Source: an uncultured bacterium
Lineage (GTDB): Bacteria; Omnitrophota; Omnitrophia; Omnitrophales; Abzuiibacteriaceae
DNA length: 64,000 nucleotides
NCBI GenBank assembly: GCA_964387845.1
Contig: CAYLXA010000001.1
Coordinates: 1-64,000 of the forward strand
Reading direction: 5' to 3'
The position numbers and the translations under genes are program-made. Of this stretch, positions 28,265-36,586 are shown one piece after another; position 1 is the stretch's first letter, and each line of letters opens with the position of its first letter. The notes under the pieces are model-generated. The model was given only the letters and a program-made list of their open reading frames with translations, did no database searches and was not told the origin of the DNA.

Positions 28265-29305
28265 TTACACACTTTGACCAAAAAATTTAACGCCCTCCGC
28301 AGCTGACTTTGGGCAAATCAGAACGGTGTCGTGAGAATCAATCACGATCAAGTCTTTGACGCCCAGCATCGCAACAAGCCGTTTGGGTGAATAAACAAGA
28401 TTATCTCCTGCAGTTTGAGCTAACAACTTCCCAAAAACCGCATTGTTTTGAGTATCTTTCGGCCAAACGGATTCCAACGCGTTCCAGCTCCCGATGTCAT
28501 TCCAATCAAAACGAGCCGGCACAATATAACTTTTCGCTACTTTCTCCATAACACCGTAATCGATTGAAATGGAAGGAAGTTTTTTAAATAATCCGGCTTT
28601 CGGAAGTGTCAGATTTTTCTCAAAAGATCCGGCAATTTGTAAAAGTGTTTTATGATGGCGCGGCAGAAATCGGCGAATCGACTCCAAAATAGTGCTGCAG
28701 CGGAACACGAAGATTCCGGATTGCCATAAAAACCTTCTTCTCTTCAAGAATTGAACTGCTTTTTTGTAAGGCGGTTTTTCAATATACCGCTTCGCTTCAA
28801 AAAGCCCGCTTGCCGGCACTTTCCGGCCGATCTCTAGATAACCATACGCTGTCGAGGGGAAAGTCGGCTTCACGCCAAAAACAACATGATGACTTCCTTT
28901 TGCAGCCCATCGGACTGCGATTTTGAGACAGCGGACAAATTCACGCGTATTTTGAATCACATGATCGGCGGGAAATGCGCACATCACCGCATCGGGATCG
29001 CGTTTGTAAATAATCGCCGCTGCAAGGCCGATGGTTGCGGCCGTATTACGCCCTGCCGGCTCTCCAATGATCTGGTGTCTGGGAATTTTCGGGAAAAGTT
29101 TGCGAACACGCAGAACATGCTCGGCGCCGGTGATAATTAAAATTCGCTTTGCGGGGACAAATTTTGAAATCCGCTCAACGGTGTTCTCAATCAGCGATTT
29201 CTTGCCGAATAGCGTTAGAAATTGTTTGGGATTATCTTTTCGGCTAAGCGGCCACAGGCGCGCGCCCTGCCCTCCCGCCATCACCACTGCCCATGCATTC
29301 ATCAT
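28265..29305 (-). CDS. manC: Mannose-1-phosphate guanylyltransferase
   Basis: 'AVVMAGGQGARLWPLSR' nucleotidyltransferase P-loop with overall GDP-mannose pyrophosphorylase similarity. Confidence 0.8.
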   Translation of the reverse strand: MMNAWAVVMAGGQGARLWPLSRKDNPKQFLTLFGKKSLIENTVERISKFVPAKRILIITGAEHVLRVRKLFPKIPRHQIIGEPAGRNTAATIGLAAAIIYKRDPDAVMCAFPADHVIQNTREFVRCLKIAVRWAAKGSHHVVFGVKPTFPSTAYGYLEIGRKVPASGLFEAKRYIEKPPYKKAVQFLKRRRFLWQSGIFVFRCSTILESIRRFLPRHHKTLLQIAGSFEKNLTLPKAGLFKKLPSISIDYGVMEKVAKSYIVPARFDWNDIGSWNALESVWPKDTQNNAVFGKLLAQTAGDNLVYSPKRLVAMLGVKDLIVIDSHDTVLICPKSAAEGVKFFGQSV

Positions 29306-29525
29306 ATTAACTCCAGATTAAAATTTTCATAACCCATTCAACACAAATAGCTTATGGAAACAAGAGGTATAGTAGCTAAATCGCTTCATAAAGTCAAATT
29401 GACTATTTAAGATGGATTGCAATAGCCCAACATTACAGGTAAATTTTAACAGATGCATCAGAAATGCAGCGACAGCTTACTTCGATTATTAAATTAATAA
29501 AGTAAGCCAAAAGGCCGAAGCAATA

Positions 29526-30779
29526 TTGCACATGAAAACTTCAAAAAAATATGGTTTAACGCTGGTTGAAATTGTGATTGTGGTAGCGCTCATCGCACTT
29601 GTTTCAATGATCGCAATTCCCAACTTTATGCGCAACCATCAAACCGCCAATTCACAATCTTTTGCTCAAACCATTAAACAAATTGCCCAGAAACTGGAGT
29701 TGATATTCTGGGGCCAGAACCCAAACGAATATCCGCCCGTATCCGCCTTTACAAACGGCCTGCAAACCTGGGCAGCGCCTACGAACCTCGGAAACATCGA
29801 GGATTTGGAGCGGCTTCTTCAAAAAGCATGTGAAGAAATTCTAAAACAAAATTTCAGCGCGGCTTCTCTCAACGATCAAACAGTATTTGCCCAGGAACTC
29901 TTTAATTGCCTTGACGGGCATGTGATTGATTATATTGTCACCGAAGACTTACAAAATTATTGGTTTAATTTTGCGGATCCATACACGACCGGCTATTACA
30001 GCATCGGAAATGGTTTTAGCGAACCTAAATACAACGATCCCGTAGTGCCGGCTCCTCCGCCTCCTCCGCCGCCAGCTTGCGGAAACGGCATTGCTGACGC
30101 AGGAGAGTTTTGCGGCGAGCCCCAATTTCCGGGCTGTCACGCAGGTACAACCTGCATTAACTGTCAATGCGAAGCAATAGCAGGCTGTGGTGGCTTCTCA
30201 GGAGGAAGCTGTAATCCTAATTTTCCATCTACCTGTCCGCCCGGATATTCTTGCCATGCACAATGCCGCCAATGCGTGTTCAATAATTGGAACCCTACCG
30301 GGGGCGGCAGCTGTTTTGTCGGTGATACGCAAATTTTGATGACGGACGGAAGCACAAAAGCCATTAGCGATATTCAGGTAGGCGATCAAGTCGCCAGCTA
30401 TAATGAAGAAACTAAAACGGTGGTAGTATCAAAGGTTGATAAATTACTAATCCACGATCCGGAAATTTATTGGATCATCAACGATCGAATCAAAGTAACG
30501 CCGAACCACAGCTTTTATATTGACGGAAAATGGAAGCATATTGGACAAGCTGAGCTGGGTGACAACATGCTCAAGCATGACGGAAATCAGGAAGCTATTG
30601 TAAAAATGGAACTAATTACTATTAAAGAACCTATTTACAACTTGGAAATTCAGGACACGCACACCTACTATGCGGAAGGGGTCTTGGTACATAATGCAAT
30701 CAAGGGGTATACTCCCGGTTGGACGCATGGAAACATGGACGGAATTGAAGCGCCGGACGGTGATGGGGACGGCGGTTGA
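29526..30779 (+). CDS. Prepilin-type (GspG-like) protein with a Pro-run, a Cys-rich module and a C-terminal Hint (intein-like/BIL) autoprocessing domain
   Basis: N-terminus 'KKYGLTLVEIVIVVALIALVSMIAIPNF', paralogous to 27226. The Hint domain lies at nt 30312-30695. Confidence 0.75.
   Translation: MHMKTSKKYGLTLVEIVIVVALIALVSMIAIPNFMRNHQTANSQSFAQTIKQIAQKLELIFWGQNPNEYPPVSAFTNGLQTWAAPTNLGNIEDLERLLQKACEEILKQNFSAASLNDQTVFAQELFNCLDGHVIDYIVTEDLQNYWFNFADPYTTGYYSIGNGFSEPKYNDPVVPAPPPPPPPACGNGIADAGEFCGEPQFPGCHAGTTCINCQCEAIAGCGGFSGGSCNPNFPSTCPPGYSCHAQCRQCVFNNWNPTGGGSCFVGDTQILMTDGSTKAISDIQVGDQVASYNEETKTVVVSKVDKLLIHDPEIYWIINDRIKVTPNHSFYIDGKWKHIGQAELGDNMLKHDGNQEAIVKMELITIKEPIYNLEIQDTHTYYAEGVLVHNAIKGYTPGWTHGNMDGIEAPDGDGDGG
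30312..30695 (+). other. Hint/intein-like domain (blocks A, B, F, G) inside the pilin-like CDS
   Basis: The intein/Hint splicing blocks are present: 'CFVGDTQILMTDGS', 'TPNH' (TxxH), '...YNLEIQDTHTYYAEGVLVHN'. No endonuclease domain is present, and the +1 residue is Ala. Confidence 0.75.
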
Positions 30780-30821
30780 TCAAATTCTCCTTTTTCCGGT
30801 TATGCGATTATTTTGCAAACT

Positions 30822-32222
30822 TTAAGTACCGGAAATTTGATTGACTTTGTCTTCAACTAACTCTCTAATTTCGGCTAGTCTTTTCTCACTTACTGCTTCA
30901 AAACGCATGACCAGTACCGGCTGCGTATTGCTGGCCCGCACCAACCCCCAGCCATCCGGAAATTCAACACGAGCACCATCAATATCCGCTACTTTGTATT
31001 GTTTCTTGAAAAATTCGACTGCCTTCTTAACTACGTCAAACTTTTTTTCATCTGGGCATGTCATACGAATTTCGGGAGTCGCAAACATTTTTGGCAAATC
31101 TGCCAGCAACTCGGAAAGTGGCTTTTTTTCTTGTTCCAAAATTTCAAGTACGCGGCAAGCGGCGTAAATTCCGCTGTCGAATCCGAGCCACCTGTGCTGA
31201 AAAAACATGTGGCCGCTCACTTCGCCCGCAAGCGCTGCATGTTCCTCTTTCATTTTTGCTTTCATCAAAGAATGGCCTGTTTTCCACATAATGGGGCGTC
31301 CGCCGTGTTTGGCAATATCTTTAAACAGCAAACTCGAGCATTTGACGTCTCCGATAATCGTCGCACCGGGATTACTTTTTAAAACACTACGGGCAGCAAT
31401 GATGAGCAAATAATCTCCGTAAATAAAATTTCCTTTTTCATCTACAACGCCTAACCGGTCACCATCGCCATCAAAACCGATTCCAATATCTGCTCCGGTT
31501 TTTTTAACAGCCTTTACGACATCATGCATGTTTTCAGGATCTGACGGGTCCGCCGGATGATTCGGAAATTTACCGTCAATTTCCGTAAATAATTCGACAA
31601 CGTTGTGTCCAAATTTTTTGAAAAGCTGCGGGGCAATCATGGCCGTCATGCCGTTTCCGCAATCAACCACAACTTTGAGCTTCTTTTTGAACTGGAAAAT
31701 TTTGTATATAAAATCGAAATACGCGTCTACTTGTGGTTTTTCCTGAATCGCGCCTTTACCCTTTTCGAAATCGCCTTTTTGAATAATTTTGAGAAGTTCT
31801 TGAATTTGTGACCCAAAGAGACTCGCCTGCCCGATGCACATTTTGAGCCCGTTTTGATCCGGCGGATTGTGAGAACCCGTGATCATGATGCCGCCGTCCA
31901 ATTTTAAATGATGAATGGAAAAATACTGGCAAGGGGTTGTTGCAAACCCGATATCCACCACATCAAGGCCGGTTGATAGGAGGCCTTTCAAAAGCGCTTT
32001 GTGAATTCGGGGAGAACTGACACGCGCATCGCGGCCGATTGAAATCGTATTTTTTTTCTTACGTTTCAGGTAAGTGCCGTAAGCTTTTCCGATAGCTTCA
32101 ACCGCATCATCGGTTAAATCGCGGTCCGCCACACCGCGGATATCGTATTCACGAAAGATGGACGGATTAACTGAAACATTCAATTTCTGACTTGGGACCT
32201 TCTTAATCTTTGTCTGTTTCAT
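30822..32222 (-). CDS. manB: Phosphomannomutase/phosphoglucomutase (alpha-D-phosphohexomutase family)
   Basis: 'GIMITGSHNPPDQNG' active-site Ser motif and 'GFDGDGDR' metal-binding loop. The ORF track extends to 32285; the probable start is MKQTKIKK. Confidence 0.8.
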   Translation of the reverse strand: MKQTKIKKVPSQKLNVSVNPSIFREYDIRGVADRDLTDDAVEAIGKAYGTYLKRKKKNTISIGRDARVSSPRIHKALLKGLLSTGLDVVDIGFATTPCQYFSIHHLKLDGGIMITGSHNPPDQNGLKMCIGQASLFGSQIQELLKIIQKGDFEKGKGAIQEKPQVDAYFDFIYKIFQFKKKLKVVVDCGNGMTAMIAPQLFKKFGHNVVELFTEIDGKFPNHPADPSDPENMHDVVKAVKKTGADIGIGFDGDGDRLGVVDEKGNFIYGDYLLIIAARSVLKSNPGATIIGDVKCSSLLFKDIAKHGGRPIMWKTGHSLMKAKMKEEHAALAGEVSGHMFFQHRWLGFDSGIYAACRVLEILEQEKKPLSELLADLPKMFATPEIRMTCPDEKKFDVVKKAVEFFKKQYKVADIDGARVEFPDGWGLVRASNTQPVLVMRFEAVSEKRLAEIRELVEDKVNQISGT

Positions 32223-32394
32223 AATTGTTAGGATAAAAAATGCGAGCGAGAGGACTTGACGCCTCCAGCTCATTGTCAGCTTCATAATTTGCTTTGCAAA
32301 TTATTCAGCTATTTCGCTTCCGGTCGGTCAGCCGCAGCTTCGAATGAAGTCGATACTCCTAGACGTCGCATCTCCATTTATTTGGCTCAGCTGT

Positions 32395-32460
32395 TCCCAT
32401 TCAAGTCCTGTCATCCATTGTTTTAATTTGGCCTTGAGAAGAAATAAAAGTGATGCTTCG
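32395..32460. repeat. Inverted duplicate of the tRNA-Leu 3' end plus its 3' flank
   Basis: 32395-32460 is the reverse complement, at roughly 85% identity, of 32533-32600 (includes 'ttcaagtcctg', 'cattgttttaatttggcc', 'aaataaaagtgatgcttc'). Confidence 0.7.
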
Positions 32461-32577
32461 CCGCGAGTTCCGCAGGCATCAACCACTTTGTATTTAAGTA
32501 AATATAGAGATGCCGAGGACTGTCTGAGCGCCGAAGCATCACTTTTATTTTGATACGATAAGGCCAAATTAAAACAA

Positions 32578-32658
32578 TGCGCGGGACAGGACTTGAACCT
32601 GCACTCCTTGCGGAACCAGCCCCTCAAGCTGGCGTGTCTGCCATTTCACCACCCGCGC
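32578..32658 (-). tRNA. tRNA-Leu (anticodon GAG), 81 nt with a long variable arm
   Basis: GCGCGGGTGGTGAAATGGCAGACACGCCAGCTTGAGGGGCTGGTTCCGCAAGGAGTGCAGGTTCAAGTCCTGTCCCGCGCA. The cloverleaf has a GTTCAAGTC T-loop and a CTTGAGG anticodon loop. Confidence 0.85.
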
Positions 32659-32935
32659 AAATATAAGCCACTAATCGAAATTTAAAGTCAAAACTGAATA
32701 AGCTGTCACGCCAGCGAAGCGGCGTGTCTGTCCCAGAGTTTCCATAGACTGGTATTCGATTTTTAATTGTAACTCTGGGACTGCCCTGACTTCCGATTAA
32801 AACCCTACTTGTACATCAATGTGAGTCAGGGCTGCCATTTCACCACCCGCGCATAACATAAACTACTAACTAAAATCTAATAAGAAAACGTGATAAGCCG
32901 TCACGCCAGCAAAGCGGGTATTATAGGAAGATTAA
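32659..32935 (-). repeat. Degenerate upstream duplicate of the tRNA-Leu 5' region, interrupted in the D-loop by a two-hairpin ~105-nt element. It also carries a second direct repeat of the tRNA promoter-proximal sequence.
   Basis: Minus strand: 'GCGCGGGTGGTGAAATGGCAG' (32852-32832), then hairpins CCCTGAC..GTCAGGG and TCCCAGAG..CTCTGGGA, then 'ACACGCC...'. A ~95-nt direct repeat is shared with the region immediately 5' of the genuine tRNA. Confidence 0.6.
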
Positions 32936-32957
32936 CAGATAAAGTAAACGGGAATCC

Positions 32958-33407
32958 TTAATGGCCTAAATGATACGGGAGCTTCCGAATGATGGTAAAA
33001 GCCCTATAGACTTGTTCAGCCGCCACAACCGCCGCTAGTTCATGCGGAAGCGTCATTGGTCCAAAACTCCATCTAAAATCAGGTGCGATTTGCTTAATAT
33101 CCGAAAGTCCGTCAGGCCCGCCGATCACGATTTGAAGCTCCTTTGTTCCGGATTGAAGCTCAGTGTCGATCCGTCTCGCCAATTCTTCCGATGAAACCAT
33201 TCGGGATCCGGTATTAAAATCGCAAAACCAGATTTTAACGCCGGATTTTTTCTGATATTGGTCGGCGGAGAAACTCTTAGCTTCAACGGATGAGAATTGA
33301 GAAATGCGCTTCGTGTATTCGGAAAATAATCCGAAGGATTCCGGGTTTTTGAATGATTTAGCGGCAATGTTTCCGCTTTTCTGCCACGCCAGGCAAAATT
33401 GGATTTT
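32958..33407 (-). CDS. rlmH: 23S rRNA (pseudouridine1915-N3)-methyltransferase RlmH (SPOUT)
   Basis: 'MKIQFCL...', 'LQIVIGGPDGLSDI', 'SFGPMTLPHELAAVVAAEQVYRAF...LPYH' are colinear with E. coli RlmH. Confidence 0.75.
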   Translation of the reverse strand, partial: KIQFCLAWQKSGNIAAKSFKNPESFGLFSEYTKRISQFSSVEAKSFSADQYQKKSGVKIWFCDFNTGSRMVSSEELARRIDTELQSGTKELQIVIGGPDGLSDIKQIAPDFRWSFGPMTLPHELAAVVAAEQVYRAFTIIRKLPYHLGH

Positions 33408-33523
33408 CATAGGTAAATTTTGCAGCCCTAAAATATTGATGACCAATCATCTATTTGTTGAGATTTTAGGGCAGCATTTACTTTTGATTAATAAACGAAT
33501 TGACGCTTTAAGGAAAGTAAACG

Positions 33524-33594
33524 CTGGGAGACCTGGATTCGAACCAAGATTGCCTGATCCAGAGTCAGGAGTGCTACCGTTGCACCATCTCCCA
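33524..33594 (-). tRNA. tRNA-Pro (anticodon TGG), approximately 71 nt
   Basis: TGGGAGATGGTGCAACGGTAGCACTCCTGACTCTGGATCAGGCAATCTTGGTTCGAATCCAGGTCTCCCAG. Anticodon loop CTCTGGA, T-loop TTCGAAT. The exact ends are uncertain. Confidence 0.6.
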
Positions 33595-33680
33595 ATGATC
33601 GAACATCGAACGTCGAACGTCGTGATTCGAAAACCGATCTACCATCTAGATAGTCACAATCCGAGGTTCGATGTTCGGCT

Positions 33681-33938
33681 TTATTTATTCAAACAACATT
33701 TCTTATACTTTTTTCCGCTGCCGCAGGGACAAGGATCATTGCGCCCGGCTTTGGCGTGCGGAATATCCTGGATGTCCGCTTTTACTTTCGCCGCGTCTTT
33801 CTTTTTCGCATCCTGCTCCACATGATGCTCGGCATCTTGGCGCATTTTCAGATGCGATTTATCCCGAAAAGAAAGCAAATGGCCCTTGCCCGCTTTTAAC
33901 TGCTGAACTTCTTTCTGGCGATTGTCTATTTGTTTCAT
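33681..33938 (-). CDS. SEC-C motif small metal-binding protein (YecA/SecA C-terminal-like)
   Basis: C-terminal '[14 protein letters not shown]'. Confidence 0.6.
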   Translation of the reverse strand: MKQIDNRQKEVQQLKAGKGHLLSFRDKSHLKMRQDAEHHVEQDAKKKDAAKVKADIQDIPHAKAGRNDPCPCGSGKKYKKCCLNK

Positions 33939-34055
33939 AGATCACCTCTATTTTCAAGGCAGCCCTACGCTTCGCTCAGGGCGATCCCTCAGGAAAACCA
34001 TCGGGAGGGATCGAGTTTAAAGGAAAGAAGGAAGATTTTCAATAGCCAGTGTGGC

Positions 34056-34895
34056 TTATTTCGCGGCGGCTGTTTCCGGCGCAGAGCTTTTTACAAGCAA
34101 GCCCCAAACGACGAACAGATAGATGCCGTAAGCACTGATTTCCACTAATGAAGGATTGCCATTATAACCAAATAGGGCTTTTAAGAACGAGCCGACGCCC
34201 TCTTTTTCATTGAGAATGTGATTGATGTCCCATACATGTTCAATTACAGGCGGAATCCAGTTAATTTCATGCAGTTCGTGAATACCGTACGCCAATAGGC
34301 CCGCCGCTACAAAAATCAGGAAAAATCCCGTGCCGCGGAAGAGCGGTTTTAGCGGCACCCGCTTCCCCCATGCAAAGATCGCAAACGAAATCAAGACGGC
34401 AAGTCCGAATCCTGTAAATCCGCCTATAGCAGAAACCGTTCCGGAATTTTGAAGCGCAACCGCTTTTAAAAACAAAACCGTTTCAAAACCTTCCCGAATC
34501 ACCGCCAAAAAAGGCAGTGATACGATCGCAAAAAGTTCCGAATTGGAAACAGCGCTTTCGAGCTTCGATTCAATTTCAGGACGTATGCGCTTCGCCTGTT
34601 TGTCCATCCAGAAAATCATATACGTAAGCACGCCGCAGGCCAAAATTGAAATACCGCCTTCAAGCGCTTTGGCCGCAACTCCTTCCAGATTCTCGGTCAT
34701 CATATCCAGCGTCCATGCAAGCCCAAGGCTGGCGATCAGCGCTGTTAAAATGCTGGCGCCCACATGCCCCGCATAGCGCATCGCTTTCATGCGATACAGC
34801 AGCGTTAAAATAATTCCGACAATGAGCCCTGCTTCCAAAGTCTCACGAAAAACCACCAAAAAAGTTGACGCCAACACACCTTCGTTCATGACCAA
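34056..34895 (-). CDS. efeU: FTR1/EfeU-family high-affinity iron permease
   Basis: Two REXXE motifs ('FRETLEAG', 'IREGFETV') in a 7-TM protein. Confidence 0.75.
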   Translation of the reverse strand: MVMNEGVLASTFLVVFRETLEAGLIVGIILTLLYRMKAMRYAGHVGASILTALIASLGLAWTLDMMTENLEGVAAKALEGGISILACGVLTYMIFWMDKQAKRIRPEIESKLESAVSNSELFAIVSLPFLAVIREGFETVLFLKAVALQNSGTVSAIGGFTGFGLAVLISFAIFAWGKRVPLKPLFRGTGFFLIFVAAGLLAYGIHELHEINWIPPVIEHVWDINHILNEKEGVGSFLKALFGYNGNPSLVEISAYGIYLFVVWGLLVKSSAPETAAAK

Positions 34896-34903
34896 CTCCT
34901 CAT

Positions 34904-35491
34904 TTAATCTTTGGTTAATACAAAGCGAACCGGAATTTTAACCCACGACGCAAACCGGACACTTCCGACGTGAGCGGGGCTGAACTGCCATTTCCAAATG
35001 GTTTGTACCGCCGAATCATCTAAAATCGTAAAACCTGAGCTGGATTCCACAATCACTTGACTCACTTTCCCGCTATCTTCCACATGAACGCGCAGCACCA
35101 CCAAACCTTCCCACCCGCGTTCGCGCGCATAACGCGGATACGCAGGCGCCGGATTCCGAAGGTATAACGGGTCATTCTCGCGAATCGCCCGCGCTTCCGT
35201 TTCCACCGGCGCTTCCTCAGGTTTTGGTTCCTCTAACTCTTCCTTTTTCTCTTCAACTTGCGGTAATGGCTCAGCCGGCTGGATAGCCGTTAACACTTTT
35301 TCGGGTTCTGCTTTCGGCTTTTGAATATCGGGAACAATCCGGACCGCGATCGTGCTCACGCCCTGGTCTACGGAAAACTCCGGCTTCAAATCCATCAAAC
35401 CCGCGCCGGCAAATGCCGCCAAATGCGCGGCCAGTGAAGCCGCCAGAACCGGTTTAAAAAAATCGTGTTTATAGGAAAAGTGGATTTTCAT
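34904..35491 (-). CDS. tonB: Energy transducer TonB
   Basis: N-terminal anchor, Pro/Glu/Lys-rich spacer ('EPKPEEAPVE') and a C-terminal TonB domain. Confidence 0.75.
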   Translation of the reverse strand: MKIHFSYKHDFFKPVLAASLAAHLAAFAGAGLMDLKPEFSVDQGVSTIAVRIVPDIQKPKAEPEKVLTAIQPAEPLPQVEEKKEELEEPKPEEAPVETEARAIRENDPLYLRNPAPAYPRYARERGWEGLVVLRVHVEDSGKVSQVIVESSSGFTILDDSAVQTIWKWQFSPAHVGSVRFASWVKIPVRFVLTKD

Positions 35492-35889
35492 TTCTTTTGA
35501 CCGTCGTGAATGATATTGATTTGCGAAGCGCCCGCTTGCCGCGCGGAATCCATGACTTCCACAAACAAATGATATGGAATTTTTTCATCACCGCGAAAAT
35601 GCACCGATTTGTCATCGCTAGCTGCCAATTTTGATTCCACCACGGGCTTCAAAGACTGCATCGGTACTTTTTGATTATTGACGAAAATCGATCCCTTCTG
35701 ATCTGCGCTGATCACAATTCTCTCTTGCGGGATGTCATCTTCTATCGAAGCCTTGGGAAGCGTGAGTTTCAAAGCGGGGCTTAAGAACGATGAGCTCAGC
35801 ATAAAAAAAATAAGCAGCTGAAACACGCAGTCAATCAGAGGCGCCATATCGAGCCCAAGTCCGACTTTTTTTGCGCGGATAAAATCCAT
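35488..35889 (-). CDS. exbD: Biopolymer transport protein ExbD/TolR
   Basis: 133 aa with a single TM helix, 'APLIDCVFQLLIFFM'. Confidence 0.8.
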   Translation of the reverse strand: MDFIRAKKVGLGLDMAPLIDCVFQLLIFFMLSSSFLSPALKLTLPKASIEDDIPQERIVISADQKGSIFVNNQKVPMQSLKPVVESKLAASDDKSVHFRGDEKIPYHLFVEVMDSARQAGASQINIIHDGQKK

Positions 35890-36572
35890 CAGGCCGTCAC
35901 TCCAATGTGCTCAGGTTCAACGTCAAAATCTTCCGCTTTGAAATTCTTCTCTGACTGTTTTCCAAAAAATTCATCCAAGTCCAGAACGATATACTGCATC
36001 CGGCGTGCAATTTTATCCGCGCGGCTTTCGAAAGCATGATAGGCCGCCATACAAGGAATCGCCACAACAAGCCCAAAAACCGTGGTGGTGAGAGCCTCCC
36101 AAATTCCGGACGCTAAATCGCCCGGATTAACCTGTCCGCCCAAAAGCTCAATCGCATGAAACGCGCTGACAAGGCCCGTCACAGTGCCCAACAATCCCAA
36201 AAGTGGTGCGATATGCGTCAGCGCCGCAAGCGCACGCAGCCGCTGCTCCACCTTTTCGAGCGCGAGTGAACCCTCGCGCTTCAGGATTTCGCTGCGGATT
36301 TGATCCTCTTTTAAATTGAGAAGGTACTTTTCCGCAATTTTGGCAACCGGATGGGATGACGATTTGCACAGCCGCATTGCATTCTTTAATTTCTTCTTCT
36401 TGAGCTCGGATTTCAACGCGGAACTGAAGCTTGCATAATCAAACCGGAGCCGCAAAAAATAAATCCCCCGCTCCACAATGATGGCAAACCCCACGATCGA
36501 GCAGACCAAGAGCGGCCACATCGCGAAACCGCCCTTTCTGAAGAGTTCAATCAGAGTTTGATCCCAAAACAT
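35889..36572 (-). CDS. exbB: MotA/TolQ/ExbB proton channel
   Basis: 227 aa, 3 TM helices, 'LGLLGTVTGLVSAF' pattern. Confidence 0.8.
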   Translation of the reverse strand: MFWDQTLIELFRKGGFAMWPLLVCSIVGFAIIVERGIYFLRLRFDYASFSSALKSELKKKKLKNAMRLCKSSSHPVAKIAEKYLLNLKEDQIRSEILKREGSLALEKVEQRLRALAALTHIAPLLGLLGTVTGLVSAFHAIELLGGQVNPGDLASGIWEALTTTVFGLVVAIPCMAAYHAFESRADKIARRMQYIVLDLDEFFGKQSEKNFKAEDFDVEPEHIGVTA

Positions 36573-36586
36573 ATTTTTTACCTTTC

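Noticed and set aside
30312-30695. Considered calling the Hint region a true (splicing) mini-intein.
   Set aside because: The residue following the terminal His-Asn is Ala rather than Cys/Ser/Thr. The flanking sequences are not a recognisable split host protein. It is more consistent with a BIL/Hedgehog-type Hint module that cleaves or transfers without splicing.
32328-32627. 99-aa and 69-aa ORFs (both contain HCFNLAL) overlapping the tRNA-Leu gene and its inverted repeat.
   Set aside because: The shared peptide arises from translating the two arms of an inverted DNA repeat. Both ORFs overlap a tRNA. They are treated as spurious.
33304-33825. 173-aa plus-strand ORF spanning rlmH antisense, tRNA-Pro and the SEC-C gene antisense.
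   Set aside because: It runs antisense to well-supported genes and through a tRNA. No motifs were found.
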